From: Diplonema japonicum
Taxonomy: Eukaryota; Protista; Euglenozoa: Diplonemea
Reading direction: 5' to 3'
Length of the DNA: 64,000 bases
Assembly: GCA_964019335.1 (NCBI GenBank)
Contig: OZ025720.1
Span: forward strand, 124,001 to 188,000
The notes beneath the pieces were generated by a model. That model made no database searches, had not been told where the DNA came from, and was given only the letters and a program-made list of their open reading frames with translations. Made by a program: the position numbers and the translations under genes. Positions 31,492-44,742 of the stretch are shown here, piece by piece; positions within the stretch are counted from its first letter, which is position 1; the number at the start of each line of letters is the position of its first letter.

Positions 31492-31563
31492 TTTTTTTTT
31501 TTTCTTCTTTTTTAAATTTCCCCCTTTATATAGAAACGTTTTGTCATGGTCCGATGGGACTCG

Positions 31564-31608
<45 letters not shown>

Positions 31609-31871
31609 AGTTTGATGAAAGAGAGAGAAGAAAAAAAAAAAAATGTGTGAGTTGAAAGGAGGTCATTGTGAGACGCCCCCTCTCCTCGTGGCTCTTTTTT
31701 TTTTTTTTTTTTTTTTTTCCCTCTCCCTTTTCTTCTTTTTTCCCCTCATCGGGTTTACCCAATAATAATAATAAACAAACTTTTTTTTTTTTGTTGCACA
31801 TTAATGTAGTAAGATGTTTAAACATACAAAAACAAACGTCCCCCGTCCCCCCCCTCCCCACCCATTCTTAC

Positions 31872-33470
31872 TCAGTCCTCACCTGCAAACGCCCTCCGCA
31901 TTTCCTGCAGCTTTGGGTTCTGATCGGCTTCATATTTCGCACAGGCTTTGAACATCCCTTCTAGATAGTTAGGAATTCCATGTGCTGTGATCCAGTTCTG
32001 CAGGGAGGTGGGGATGTGCGCCTTGGGGTCCTCATAATAGACAGCAATGTAGTTGCACCACCCGACACCTTTGCTTGAGGTGGTCAAGAGCACATCGTTA
32101 GTAAAGGCTTCAACTCGTACTGAGCGGCCGGGGGGCTTAGCAGCGTGGGGAGCCGCTCTGCCGACAGACATGAAGGAACCCTTGTCGACCCTGTGCTCCC
32201 TGTAGAACACGTAGTCCCTGTTGGTGAACGGCATGGGGAAGGCGACCTTCCAATACGCAGCACAGTCCCGTTCACCGTCGTACTCCTCGAGAATGCTGAG
32301 GTCCTTGCAGTAGCTGTCCCACTTCTTACGGAACTGCATGTCGTTGTTCACCAGAAAGAAGATGTCAGGCGCCACGTGGAGCTCCCCGATCGTGAGGTAC
32401 TCCATCAAAGAGCTCCCGCTCCTCGGACGAGTGTACACCTTGACAACACTGCTATTCTTCAACGTGTACGTGTTCAAAGACGACCAGCCTTCTGCAGCGG
32501 GCGACGTGTTTTCAAGCTGTTTCAATTTGACAAAATCGGCGTTTGTCACAACAGGACCAAGCGACACGTGCCTGGGTGCAGGGAGAAGCGGTGTGGGCGG
32601 CGTCGCGACCGACAGTTCAAGCCCGTCTGCGCACGACCTTGGCGTCAGTGTCAAACACGTTTGAAGAGGTATATCATCCACATACATATCAGGTACTTCA
32701 GGGGTTTCAGGGGTTTCCCTCCCATGAGACAACGGGATGTCGTCAAACTCATTCCCAACAGGCTCTGTCGCCAGAGGGGTCTGTGGGTATGGCACCCTTG
32801 GTTTCGGCGACGCCTCTTTGGAGCCCCGCCTGTCCTCCACACGGACGACAATATCCTTCTGCTTCACATGCATCCCTGCGATGCTGAGCAACGTCAGAAG
32901 CATTGCCGTCCCCCCGACGATCAACGCAAGGGTCAGAAACTCATCATCATGCGTTGCAACAGGCTGCGCTGTACCAAGAATAACATAAGGGTCGTAAGCG
33001 TCCCACACATGCACAGAGCAAGTCAGAGGAAGGGGATGGGAGTATGCTCCAATGGGCGATGATGATAAAGAGAAGTTTGTGAAGTTTACTACCAATGTGA
33101 CTAACAGAAGATGTTGGTTGGCTCTTGGGGTGAGCGTGACGATGATGGGAGGGTCGCCCGTGCTGCTTGTTAACATGATAGGGCTGCTTAGGTCTCCGCA
33201 GTTTGTTAGAAATTCTGTCCGATAGCTCGACCACCGGCTTTCTTGGAAGGTGATGAACTCGCTTTTCAATACTCCTTGCGTGCCGTTTAAAGAGACGTTG
33301 GTGTAGCCTACTCGTTCGTACTCATCGATGTCGGATTGCAGTCCGTTCCTCTCACCTTCTCGCAACCCCAATGCCACCCCTGCACATGCGACCATTAAGA
33401 CCGCGACGAAGATGCCAATTGTGCTGACCAACCTCACCGGGCTGTCAGGTTTCCGTCTTGTTCTGAACAT
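31872..33470 (-). CDS. Membrane protein (2 TMs, N-glycosylation-sequon-rich loop) with C-terminal START domain
   Basis: TMs at ~aa15-36 and ~178-200. Sequons NVS, NGT, NFT, NFS. The START domain is highly similar to 30787-31491. Confidence 0.9.
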   Translation of the reverse strand: MFRTRRKPDSPVRLVSTIGIFVAVLMVACAGVALGLREGERNGLQSDIDEYERVGYTNVSLNGTQGVLKSEFITFQESRWSSYRTEFLTNCGDLSSPIMLTSSTGDPPIIVTLTPRANQHLLLVTLVVNFTNFSLSSSPIGAYSHPLPLTCSVHVWDAYDPYVILGTAQPVATHDDEFLTLALIVGGTAMLLTLLSIAGMHVKQKDIVVRVEDRRGSKEASPKPRVPYPQTPLATEPVGNEFDDIPLSHGRETPETPEVPDMYVDDIPLQTCLTLTPRSCADGLELSVATPPTPLLPAPRHVSLGPVVTNADFVKLKQLENTSPAAEGWSSLNTYTLKNSSVVKVYTRPRSGSSLMEYLTIGELHVAPDIFFLVNNDMQFRKKWDSYCKDLSILEEYDGERDCAAYWKVAFPMPFTNRDYVFYREHRVDKGSFMSVGRAAPHAAKPPGRSVRVEAFTNDVLLTTSSKGVGWCNYIAVYYEDPKAHIPTSLQNWITAHGIPNYLEGMFKACAKYEADQNPKLQEMRRAFAGED

Positions 33471-33560
33471 TTTTTTTTTGAGGGGGGAAATTTAAAAAAA
33501 AGAAAAAAAGGGGAGGGTTTCCCCTCCCCTTTTATCTCCCCCCCCTTTTTTTTTTACCCT

Positions 33561-33850
33561 CCCCCTGGAGCTGTACCTCGCTGCGTAGAGCACGCAGGAC
33601 GTGGAGAAGGCCAGGTACAGGCTGCTGTCGTGGCTGAGAGAGAGGAGATCCCCATTACGGTGAGGAGAACAATGTTCGACCGTGAGCACTATGAGGTGCT
33701 GGAGTTGGAATGCAGGCGCACCGGATGGCCAGTCATTGCTTAAGTTCGGCGACAAACAGGCGTGAGCAGCGACCGCGGAGACAGAACCGAAGGGCCTGGT
33801 ACTGATGGTGCAGAAGAATCGCTGGGCGATCCAGCCTGCGCGTGATTAGA
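33561..33850 (+). pseudogene. GC-rich coding-like fragment with stops and frameshifts (probable transposon or gene relic)
   Basis: Plus-strand broken frames such as DVEKARYRLLSWLRE and ITVRRTMFDREHYEVLELECRRTGWPV, lying between homopolymer flanks. Confidence 0.35.
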
Positions 33851-34358
33851 GGAAAAGAGGAGAAAAGAAAATAATCAGGGGGGGGGTGTGAGGAAAAGAG
33901 GTAGTTGTGTGGAGGGTTTGCATTGGTTGAAAATCTTTTTCCGGCAAAAAGAATGGGGGGGGGAATATAGCTGGAGGTGTAAGAGGAGGGGAGGGAAGGG
34001 AAACTCAAGACATCAATATCGTACAAGTGTTTTTTTTTTAAAAGTTCTTTCTACTGTCTCTTTTTTTTTTTTAAAAAATAGAATTGGAGGCCGTTTTCCG
34101 AGGCCGTCCCAGGCTCGCCTTTTCGTTTTTTTTTTTTCCTTCTTATTTTCCCCACGTTGCCCTAAACTAATGTTTTCTTTTTTTTTTTCTTCCTCTTTTC
34201 CCCTTTTCCTTTTTCCCATTCCTTCACTATTCCTCCCCCCCCCCCCCCCCCCCCCCCGCATTCATAATTCTACCTACGAACACTTTTCTTCTTCTTCAAG
34301 ACAGAAACCTACAGACAAAAAAAAATGAAGGTCGCACATAAGCCTTGGAAAAGAAACT

Positions 34359-34391
<33 letters not shown>

Positions 34392-34517
34392 AAACCCCGC
34401 CTTCATCAATAGGAAGAAAAGTGTTTGCAACAACCACACACACACAAAAAAAAAGGAAAACACTTCAAACTTCCTCCTTCCTTTCTCCAATCTTTCTTTT
34501 TCTCCAACAACCCCTCT

Positions 34518-37063
34518 TTACATGGTAGGCAGTTTCGTGGCTAGAGAATCGACGCGGTGCTGTAGTTTTTCTTTCTTTTTTCTTTTTTTTTTTTTTTTTC
34601 CCTCCCAAAGAAAAATACCTTATAAGCAGATGGGTGCTGCTGGGTGGCAGGCTTAAGGGTGACTTTCATAGATGAATCGTGAATGCGCTTCATTACCTCT
34701 TTCTGAAGAGATTGTTCGAGAATGTCGAATTCAAGGAGGTGGGCGAGTTGCTGTTCTTCGCAGGACGAGAGTGTTGCCAGAATCTTGTCTTTGAGCTGCG
34801 TCGCGCGGTACCTCTCGGCAACGCCGAGAAGGGTGCAGAGGGCGCCGACGCCTTCTTCAGACATTTGAGACCAGATTTCCTTTTCGCACAATGTGCGCAG
34901 GAGAGGGAGTTTTAAAAGGTTTGCCGTCTCCATCACGCCAGCTGCTGTGGCAAGAGACACAATGCACTCCCCTGTGTACAGAAACACAAGTACAGCTTCG
35001 ACGCCTTGAGAGGAGACGTCCCGGAGTGTGACCTTCCGTATGCCGCCTTCGCTTCCAACTTCGATGCCTTCACTACCTTTTCCCTCGTTCACAGCCCGTC
35101 TGAGGACAGCACTCCCTGTTGACAGGACAGCACAGTGCGCCATCATGAAGCGAGCACCCACTGTAGACGTGCCAATGGTCACGTCGCATGCTACAGGCTT
35201 CACCCGCATCCTTGCCATGTCCGCGCATAACATGTTTCCTGCAACGTCCTCTGCGCTGGAGATTCTTTGCGTCAAGGGTTCCTTGCTAGGCGAACTGCCG
35301 CCCACCCTCCGGAGGTCTCTCCCAGGGCTCAACACGCTGTTTACGTGGTCCGCCAGCGCAGGGTACTTGAGATCCATCACAATCTGCGAAAACTCCTCCA
35401 AATGATCATAGTCCGCAAGCCTCCCTGAGTAGACAAACGACAGCAAGGACAAAAGCAAATCAGCGTCCGCGATACACGGCAGGCCTTTCCTTCGCTTATT
35501 ACCATCAAGCACGTATTCCGTACGGCTGCCCGTTGCACTGCCTTTGCACGACTCGAGGGAGGCGTACAGTTCAGGAGCACGCTCAAGGATGATGGAGGAG
35601 TGCGCGTAGCGTGTGCGCCCATTTACAACAAGCTGCATGTTGGCACCCCACTCAAGGGGGCGCTGTTGGGTGCGGCGAAGGAGTCTCTGCATGCTTGCTT
35701 GGATGGAGACGCCCTCGGCAACGATGTCGGACATGACGAGCATCGACAGCAGGTTGTTGGTGCTCTCGGAGGTTGTCACAAGCGATCCTCCGAACAGAAC
35801 AAGAGCACCGTTACGCATCGCACCGCCGCCCATGTGCGCCGTGCCGGCTTGTGTGAGGGCACCGTTCACGTGTATCGTGTTCCACTGATGGTGGTCGATG
35901 GTCGTGAACTGCAGCAATCTCGCAGCGTCCTTCGTCCCGCCGTAGATGAAGAGCAGCGGGCCTGCTTTCGTAGCGAGAGGTGCCATGAAGTGGCCATGAC
36001 GCGGGATGCCAACAATGGACAGCTCTGACCATGTCTGTGTGTCGATATCGTACTTCCACAAGTCATCGTAGACCGTGTTGGTGTCGCTGCCTCCGTGCAC
36101 GTACATCACAGTGCCCACCTTGCAGACTGCGTGCCCCGCACGCTTGGACGGCGGCTGGTTGGCTTCCTTGAGATGCCGCCATTTTTTATGGCGTGTGTCG
36201 AAGGTCCAGAGTTCGTTGGAGTAGCCCATTTTATGCTTCTTGCCCTCCGGTTTGTTGCACCGCCCGCCGAAGAGTAAAAGCCGTTTGTTGTGCGCGATGA
36301 CCGAGCACTCCGCACGCTCGGGAGGCGTACGCTTCTCGCTCTCATCGGGCTTGAGGTGCGTCCATTCTTGTGTGTCGGTGTTGTACTCGTGAACATCTGT
36401 TTTGAGCACACCGTCATGACACCCACCGTAGATGAATAGTGAGTCTGCTAAAGCCACCATGGATGCATTGTATCGTGGAGGTGGGGGTTCGCCTTTGGCT
36501 GCAAAGCATGGGTCCCATGCTGCCGACTCAAGGAGGTACTCGTGCAGGTCATTGCTGGTGTCGTGTTGGCCGTCTTTTCCGCAACGCAGCCCGCCAAACA
36601 CGTAAAGCGACCCGGACAGCGACGCGCAGGAGTGTCCCCACCGTTTCATTGGAATAACACCAGATTTTGGAGTGACGTTGGTGATGGTGACGAGCCCTCT
36701 TGGTTGGGGGTACGGGAATGGGGTTGTCTTATGTGGTGATGTTGTTTCTGGAGTGGGTTTGAGTTTTGGAAGGGCTTCCCTGTGGCTGCTCGACCAAGGG
36801 TCCATGCCACCGCTCCCAACTCCGATAGGGGCGATTTTTCTAGGCAAAGCACGTTTTACTGCGATTATCTGTTCGGATTCCGCATCAGGGTCGGGGTCGC
36901 CTGCGCTGTATGTTGAAAAAACGTTTGAGTCTCGTATCGCGGTTTCAAGCTTTTCTTTTTTTTTCGGCGGTGTCAGCGCGTTGCCCTCTAAATAGGCTTC
37001 CTTCGCTTTTTCTTTTTCCTGCACCTCAAATTCTTCAAGGAGTTGTACAATGTCTTCTTGCAT
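34518..37063 (-). CDS. Kelch-repeat plus tandem BTB protein (LZTR1-like); probable intron 34618-34560
   Basis: Six Kelch repeats (RWGH..YVFGG, RYNA..IYGG, RAGH..VHGG) and two BTB-like domains (YAHSSII, MAHCAVLS). Splicing GTATTT...CTACAG gives the tail HRVDSLATKLPTM*. Confidence 0.9.
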
Positions 37064-37515
37064 CTTTTTTTTTTTTCTTTTTTGCCGCCCCTCGACTTTT
37101 GTTTAAAGGGTGAATAAAGCAAGGGAAAAAAAAAAAAGAAGGGGGGGAAAAAAAACAGGGAGATGGAGAGGGGCAGTGGTGGTGGTAATTCGGGGAAGGG
37201 GATTAGATAGAAAAAAAAAAAAGACTTTATTTTTTTTCTTCTTGGAGAAATGGTGGGGGCGGGGGGGGGGGGGGGGACAGAATATCTTTTTTCTTTTTGA
37301 CACATAAATAAAGAATAAAAAAAGGGAATCACAAAAATGAGCTCGTCCGGGAAAATAATGTCCACAAATAACCTTAAAATCCCTATAAAAGCAAACTTTT
37401 TTCAATTGAAAGAACGGGCGCCCTTTTTGCTCAAATAATCGAAACAAAAAAATATTGGACATTCTAATGCGGCCGAGCTCATATATAGAATGGGGTGTGT
37501 TTTCTTCCCCCTTCT

Positions 37516-37550
<35 letters not shown>

Positions 37551-38238
37551 CAACGACCGACTAACGAAGAAAAAAAAAAAAAAAAGAAAAAGAATAGTAA
37601 ACAACAAAAAAGGAGTCAGGTAGCCCCACCCCTCTTCTTGTTCTTCTTTTCTTTCGACAGAATTTCGCCGAGTTGGTGGAGGAGAGGTTATATAACAATC
37701 CCGGATACACACTCCCATCTCTGATTCCAATCTCTCCCCTCAGCACTTGTTTAACCACACTAAAGAGCATAACAATTCGCTTATTGGTGGTCACAGCATA
37801 ATTAATTTTCCGGGGAGAGCGGGAAAACAAAACAAAAACAAAAAAAAGATCGTTGCTTCTTCATTTTTTTTTTTTTTTGGATACTACCTTTAGAAAAGAG
37901 AAAGAAAATACTCAAATGAAAGAAAAGTGGTTGTTTTGTTTTTTTTTTTCTTTTTCTTTTGGTCCGCCTTAAGAAAGAAAGAAAGAAAGAAGAAGGGACA
38001 AAAAAAAAGAGGGGGGGGAAAGAAAAGGGATATCCTGATTTTAGTGAATAAAGGAAAAACTTCACCCAATAAGAAAGAGAAAAAAAAAAAAAAAAAACTG
38101 TTTTCTCCCGGTGCGCAATCAGCACTGTTTCGGCAGGTGTATCAGCTGCCCGGGTGATGTGTGCTGGCAACATTAATGCACATCCTTCCTTCCCCCCCTT
38201 CTTTCATACTTTCCTCCAATCCTACTTTCAAGGGGACA

Positions 38239-38277
<39 letters not shown>

Positions 38278-38280
<3 letters not shown>

Positions 38281-39102
38281 ACTAGATTGATTTATGAAAA
38301 ATAAAGTGGACTTTATTTCCCGCGGCTGATAATCTGTCCCTCGGAATCTGATTTTCCCTCGCTTCCCTCGTGAAAATCACCACCTCGGGACAGATTATCA
38401 GCCAAGGGAAAGAGTAAAGTCCACTTTAATTCATGAATACGTAATTTTATTTATTTTCTGGTTCCCGATGGCACTCTCAAGCCCCCCCAAAGCCAGGAAG
38501 TCCAGGATTTGACATATTAAGACAGGAGGCTGCTTGCACTGCTCGTCCACGCCTTCAACATGGGCAGTCTTGCAGTTTTGTGCTTATGCTTCATGGTATG
38601 GTTCAGGCGGCTATAAAGGGACCAGAGGCTCGACGGCTTAGCCCTCCTTTGTACAGGGCATCGAACTACGTTATCATGTCAGCCTTTCTGGTGCGGATGC
38701 GGCTGAACTCGATGAACTCCCTGAGGAACCTGGGTGCACCAGCGACGCATGGCCCCTGTTCTCGTCCACCCAAACAGCTCCCTACTTAGAGGGGCTGCGA
38801 GCGATGTTCGTACTGCAGATGCCATCCATGACTGAAAGGCAAACCCCAACAACCAACACCAGGATGCAACAGCAGAATGGTGACAGGCACGTGTAGGATC
38901 CCCTGTCCACGGTGGGCACCAACCGTGGCTCTAATACCGCAAAATTCTTCGGCCTCTTTTCTCTGAAACCCCATTTTCACAAATCTGCTTAAAACATGAG
39001 GAAAAAAATAAAGTACTTTATTTTCCCTAGGGAAATAATGAAAACTTTATTTTCCCGGCTCTAGCCAAAATTCCTTTAGAGGGAATCCAGAAAATAAATA
39101 AA
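38278..39102 (-). mobile_element. Crypton-like element: terminal palindrome, asymmetric sub-TIR and tyrosine-recombinase N-terminal remnant
   Basis: Palindrome 38291-38438 with arms taaagtggacttta and ggctgataatctgtccc. atttattttctgg(ttccc) at 38449-38466 is inverted with 39081-39102. Minus-strand remnant MIT*FDALY..KPSSLWSLYSRLNHTMK. Confidence 0.7.
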
Positions 39103-39593
39103 TAAAAAAAAAAAAGAAATACGGGGAAAACGTAGCATTGTGTGTGTGGGGGCGGGTCAACTTAAGAAATTACACAGAAGAAAAAAAAAAGGGTACGAAA
39201 GAAAAGAGAAAAAAAGAAAAGAAAGGCCACTCCCCTCTCCTTCATTCTCTATATACTCGTGCCACTACTTTTACAACTCTGTAGGCAAAAGAATATGAGA
39301 AATTAGCGAAAGAAAAAAATAAAAACTGACTCACAAGAGTGAGGGAGGTGGGGGGGGGGGGGGGGGGGGGGGGTATCATAACATAACAAGATAACAGTAA
39401 AAAAGAAATTGCGTGCAAAATAACAAAAAGGTACAAGAAAAAAAAAGAAGAAGAAAAAAGGGTGGGTGGTCGCCTTTTGTCTGGTGTCGAGCTTTGCATA
39501 GCTTCCAGAGAACCCTGCCCCTGTGTGGCTAATTTCTTATGGCAAATTTCTTTTAATTCCCCCCTTTTTTTTCAGCCTTTGGTCGATGCACGC

Positions 39594-39650
<57 letters not shown>

Positions 39651-39804
39651 GAGATTCGCACTCATGTTTTTTTCTTCGTTTCTTCTTCTTTTTTGTTTTT
39701 GTTTCCCCCCCACCGGGCGAAAGCTCTTTTCCAGAGCAGTTTTCTTTTTTGTTTTTTGTTGTTTTTTTTCTTTTTGTTTTGTTTTCCTTTTTCTTCTTAT
39801 CTAG

Positions 39805-42800
39805 CTAAGCTGCTTCGTTTTTGAGACCTGTGTTTTTTTTTTTTTTGTTCTTCTTTTTTTTCTTTTTTTATTTTCCTTTATTTTACTCCTCCCTGCATAC
39901 GACATGGAGTCTCCCCTGTGCCGCGCGGGACCAGACTTACCAGAAAATGAATTTCTGTGAGAGTTCCGGGTTGATTCCTGGGGTTTTTTTTTTTTTTTCC
40001 TGCTACTTCCCCCCCCCCCCCCCCCCCCCCCCCCGTACCGCTTGAGGCATGAATGTAGGGGTGGCGGGGAGCACGGGAAGGTCATCGGAAGCCAGGCTTT
40101 GCCGGTGTGCCATCTTCCTGACAATCTGACCAGCCGAGGACTGCGGAGGGTTTTGTTCAGACACAAGCAGGATTCTCTTAACAGCATCAGACTTCCGTCT
40201 AGACTCCTCAGCCTTGTGGTCCCGCTGCGTCTTGCCTTCCCCTCCAGCCCCTCCCCCCTCATTCAGCGTTTTGGCAACAGTCGCGAAAAAGTTTTCGTCA
40301 GCAGCTTTTTTCATATCGTCCTCTATAACCTCACGCTCCAGTTCAATAAGGTATTTCTCACGCTTTGCCGCCTCTGCTTTGCTTAAAGACCGGGTTTGTT
40401 TCACGATTCTAGCGAGTTCTGTTTGAAGCCACTGAGTGGCGTCGTTGATGTCTTCTCGTTCCATTGCCTCGCCATCCATGAGGACAGTCCGTTCGTTGAT
40501 TTCCTGTTGCTCCAAAGCTACAAGCTGCCCCCACCTCACCTCAGACTGATTCGCGATGGGACGAACAGGCCTATAAGTCTTAGGGACCTTCAACCCTGCC
40601 AAGGTACCTCCGATGACAACATCACCAGTCTGTGCAGTACGGTGCATAGTAAGACGCAGGGTGTACTCCTCATGGAGGATGTTGTACCTCCCCCACAGCT
40701 CGTTTTTATCGAGAAGCTCGTGTTTGAAGATGTTGCTAGCGGCGTACTGGTGCATTATTTTAATCTGCCCGCCGATGCCTTCTAAGAGTAGCGCATTCAT
40801 GCTTTCCCATGTTTCGACGCACCCTCTTGTCATCAACTGGACCTTGTTGAAACAATCAGGTACCTCGCGGAAGAACGCCATGCACTGCTTCGGGTCAACG
40901 GGGGTGGTCAGTGTCTTGCTCAACGACGATAGCAATCGTTGCCACAGGAATTGTCGGTCTTCGACTTCCCATTCTTCCAGGTTGACCCTTTCGGTAGCTT
41001 GGTGTTCCGACACCACTCGTTGTTCCTCTGTTCTGTTATATGACAGCCGTTGTTCCCATTCATCGGACTCCTCTTTTTTAAGAGAAGTGAGCGCTGAGCT
41101 TTGCATTGCGAACAGCGAGAAGAGAATCTCTTGTCTTTTACGGATGTAGAAGCCTTTCCACAGTCTTTGAACGATGATGGTTGAAAGGTGTTTTGTTTCA
41201 TCTGTTGGGTCGACCAGCTTGCTCGATATCAGTTTTATCCTTGCCTTGTTGACTGTCTGTAAGATGTTCGCCCTCGCCGCTTTGTTCATTTTGTGGAAGT
41301 CTCTGAGACACCCTGTGAAGCTGAGGCACACCCCTAACGTTGCGTTCTTGACACCGGTGTCCAGCAACGGTTTGTTCATCCCTTTCGCAGCCTGCAGGGC
41401 TTGGACTGCCCGTAGTGTAGTGCACTTAACACGGACAACCTGCGCACAACGTACCACTGTAACCTCCTTTATATCTGTATCGTGTTTGATGCCAGCCCAT
41501 TCCTTTAAAGCGTCACGCCACGTGTGTAAACCTTGTGCTGGGTTTAAAATTGAATCCGATACGTAGAGAGACACGTCCATGGTTAAGGACAGTGCGACTA
41601 GCTGTATTTGCCTCACGTAGTCTTCACAGTGGGCTTGGCTTGATCGGTAAACCAGTTTGTACAGTTCGCGGAGGAGGTGGGTTTTTAATGTGGATTCATT
41701 GTGTTTTTCCAATGGAATTTCTGCGGTGGTGAGCCATCTGCATTTGTGCCATCTTGCCAGGCCTTGGAATGCCTTGTGTTGCTTGCGCAGTGCGCTGACG
41801 GCTTCTTTGTCGAAGATTATTCGGTTTCCGGGGGTGAGGTGGTTTGCTTCGGTGTGGACGGTTATCTTCTGCTTCAGAAGCCTGTCGCTGATGTACGCGT
41901 TCACGGCGCACGTTGTGATGGTCGATCCGCGGCCCTTCCCAGCCTTGCCCTGCAAGGCCTTCACGAAATAATATGTCAGCAACCCGCCTTCTTGGTTGCT
42001 TGGGTACTGCGCGTCTAATTCTCCCGCTACACTCTCAAACCCTCCGATGAACCCTATGCCAGGCTGGCCTTTGATGGATTGAATCCCTCCGCGGAGTGTC
42101 CATAAATCGCCTACCACAAGGGGCTTTCTTCCAAAGCAGTCGCGGAGTTGCATCAACGATGCTAAAGGGATGATGCCCGAATGTTTTCTGTCGTTCGCGT
42201 AGCTTGCTTCTTGAGTGAACGCGAAGCGTGAGTTGTAACCCGTGTCGAGGAAGGTGAGAACCCCCTCGACACCCCGTGCCATGACGACGACAAGGACGGG
42301 CGGTGTCCGTTCTAGAAGCGCCTCTTCCTTTTCTTCGACGATGTTTGAGGTGTTGCTCTCAACGCGTCTTGCGTTGGCGAGCGCAGTGTCGAGTACGCGA
42401 ATGAAGTTACTCCGTGTGGGGTGCATGAAGGTGTCGTGAGCATTGTCGCTGAGAAGATCCACGGAGTACCTCCCGTCGGTCAGGACTGTCACAAGCTGCT
42501 TTTCATCGATGCGTGAGGTTGGGATGTCCGGCAGTGCGGGGTCGTTGTACTTCCCCACGGAGAGGACCACCGCGTGGAACGGCTGCTGCCGCCTCCCCTT
42601 CACGTACCTCGCCCACCCTTCGTCCTCCAGAAGCGGGTCGGACTCCTTGTTGTACGCCACCAAATCCTTTGCCGCGCTGCCTTCGTCGATGTCGTGCCAC
42701 AGCCTGCGGCTCACTGGCTTCGCAAGGAAATGGTTTCCGTGCCGCGAGAACCCAACGTTTGCCTTTTTGCGCCAATCCTTCGACTTCAAGAACGTCACCG

Positions 42801-44742
42801 GGACTTCGGAAGAGCCCCTCCTCTGCGACATGCGTCTGATGTGCTCCTTTGCCTTCGCTGTCACCCCGTCCTTCTTCACGCCTTGCTGCTTCCCTTCACT
42901 GATGCTCTTCGACCGCGCACGCTGCGCTCCTGGGGCGATCGAGGATCTTCTGCCAACAGGAGACACGATGGACCCCCTGTGGGGGCGTCTCATAGGGGGC
43001 TCCCCAATCGACGCTTTCTTCGGAAGAGGCGAGAAGCTCGCTGTCCGCCCCCTCGGCATCCCAGTCACTGTGGGCGACAGGCACGACGGCTTCTCTTCAT
43101 TGAGGCCCTTCTCTTTCATTCTTTGTGCCTTCTCGCAGTTAAGTTTCAAAATAGGCGGCAACACGTCACCCTCTGGTGAGGTTTCAGGACTCGCGACAAC
43201 GGCTTGGGCGGGTGGTTGCTTCTCCTCAGGCTCCGTTTGTGGGGTAAAGTAACTGGGTTTGTCCTCGGAGTCAATGGCATCAAGGTTAGATGGCGAGAGA
43301 GGCGGCTCAGGCGAAAAGGGCGGCTCAGATGCCGCATGTGGGGAGGGCAGGGTTACTTCTTCCACTCGCTTCTGAGCTTGCTTTGCGACAGTTTCCGATT
43401 CCTTTACATCCTCCACTTGTTCTTTGCTCTGTTTCTCTTCAGAGTGTTCTCCGGTAGGTTCAGCAGGCGTCTCTGGCTCAAGCGGCTCCTGCTCCTGCTC
43501 CAGCTCCAGCTCAAACGTAGTCACAGCCGTCCGCGTTGGTGTCGCTTCTTCAGATAAAGACTTTCTTCGGTTCACAGCCGATACTGCAGCAGCAGCAACG
43601 CTTGCAGTGGAGCTGCCCGTGGAGCCTTGTCGGGACTGCCTGGCGGAGTGGATGGGTGATGCCCCTCCTTCTACAGGAGGCTGTGGGATTTCAGGGACGA
43701 AAGGGATAGTACTGCGGTGGACGAGCTGGTTGCTTTGTATCATTAGAGCGCCTTGCAGGACGGGGTCGATGCTGCCTCGGGAGTTGCGCTCTGAGGATGT
43801 CCTGTCGAGAGACGGACGCGGGGACCTGCGGGGAAACTGGAAGGCTGCCATGCGCGAGGAGGACAGCGAGCTGCGTCGCTCCATGGGGACTGTCGGGCAC
43901 TCGCGAACTGGGGTGGCAGTGGAGGCGCGTTTCTCAGGCAGTTCTGTGAAGACGTCCCTCTCGTCGGGGATGGAGAGCCGCGTGAAGGGTTTAATGAGAC
44001 GCTCCTGCTCCTCCTTCCAGAGTTCCTCTTCGCAGTGCTGCGGATCTTCCCTTTCGGAGGGTATCTTTGCCAACGGGAGCAAAGGCACAGCGGGTGCAGC
44101 TCCAGAAGGGGAAGGCGTCTGCCGAGACGACATCACCGAAAAAGCACGCTCGGTGGCCTTCTCTCGGAGAGACGGACCTGTCTTCCCTGTATCGGAGACG
44201 GGTGAAGGAGAAGCTTTAATGAGTTGCTGCTGCGATGGCTGCGGCTGAGGTGGGGACTGAGGTGGTCTAGGAGATGTAGGCGGGCGTGGGGACAGCTGGG
44301 ACTGCGCATTCTTAAAGGACATCCTTTGCAAGGTTCGTTGTGAGATCTCCTCGGTAGAGGAGTCGGTGCTGCCCCGTCGAATCACCTGTTGTTGGGGCTG
44401 CTGGTGGGCGAGCTGCATAGAAGGGATAGATGGTAGGTTCTGAGAGGTCCGTGGTGTATACTTCCCTCCCATAGCACCTCTAGGGGAGTCAGTGGCTGAA
44501 CTCCGCGACAAAGAGGGGGGTTTAGGAATTGGCTGCACTTGCTTTACTGACGGTGCTTTCGGTGCCTCGCCCACTGGTAGCTGATGCAACTCGCCTCCAC
44601 GCACCACCCACGTCGCATCAGGTTCCGGTACTGGCGCCCCTACATTAAAGTCCCCAGCCAGAGACACAGTGGTGACTCCAGAGAACAACGACCGCTGCTT
44701 TCCTTTTATTGTGCTCTTTCTCTTCCCAGACTCAACCGACAT
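39805..44742 (-). CDS. Large protein: S/P/R-rich disordered N-terminus, inactive caspase-like (C14) domain, IQ motif, coiled coil; probable 3' introns 40038-39978 and 39940-39828
   Basis: 1579-aa ORF. HAVVLSVGKY.D..LPDI, PTRSNF and GLLTYYFVKALQGKA; IQ motif IVQRLWKGFYIRK. The ORF runs into GTACGG-polyG. The spliced 3' end is inferred. Confidence 0.85.

Noticed and set aside
9831-44248. Long plus-strand ORFs overlapping real genes (e.g. 10363-11205, 32145-33062, 43424-44248)
   Set aside because: They are antisense shadows of GC-rich coding sequence.
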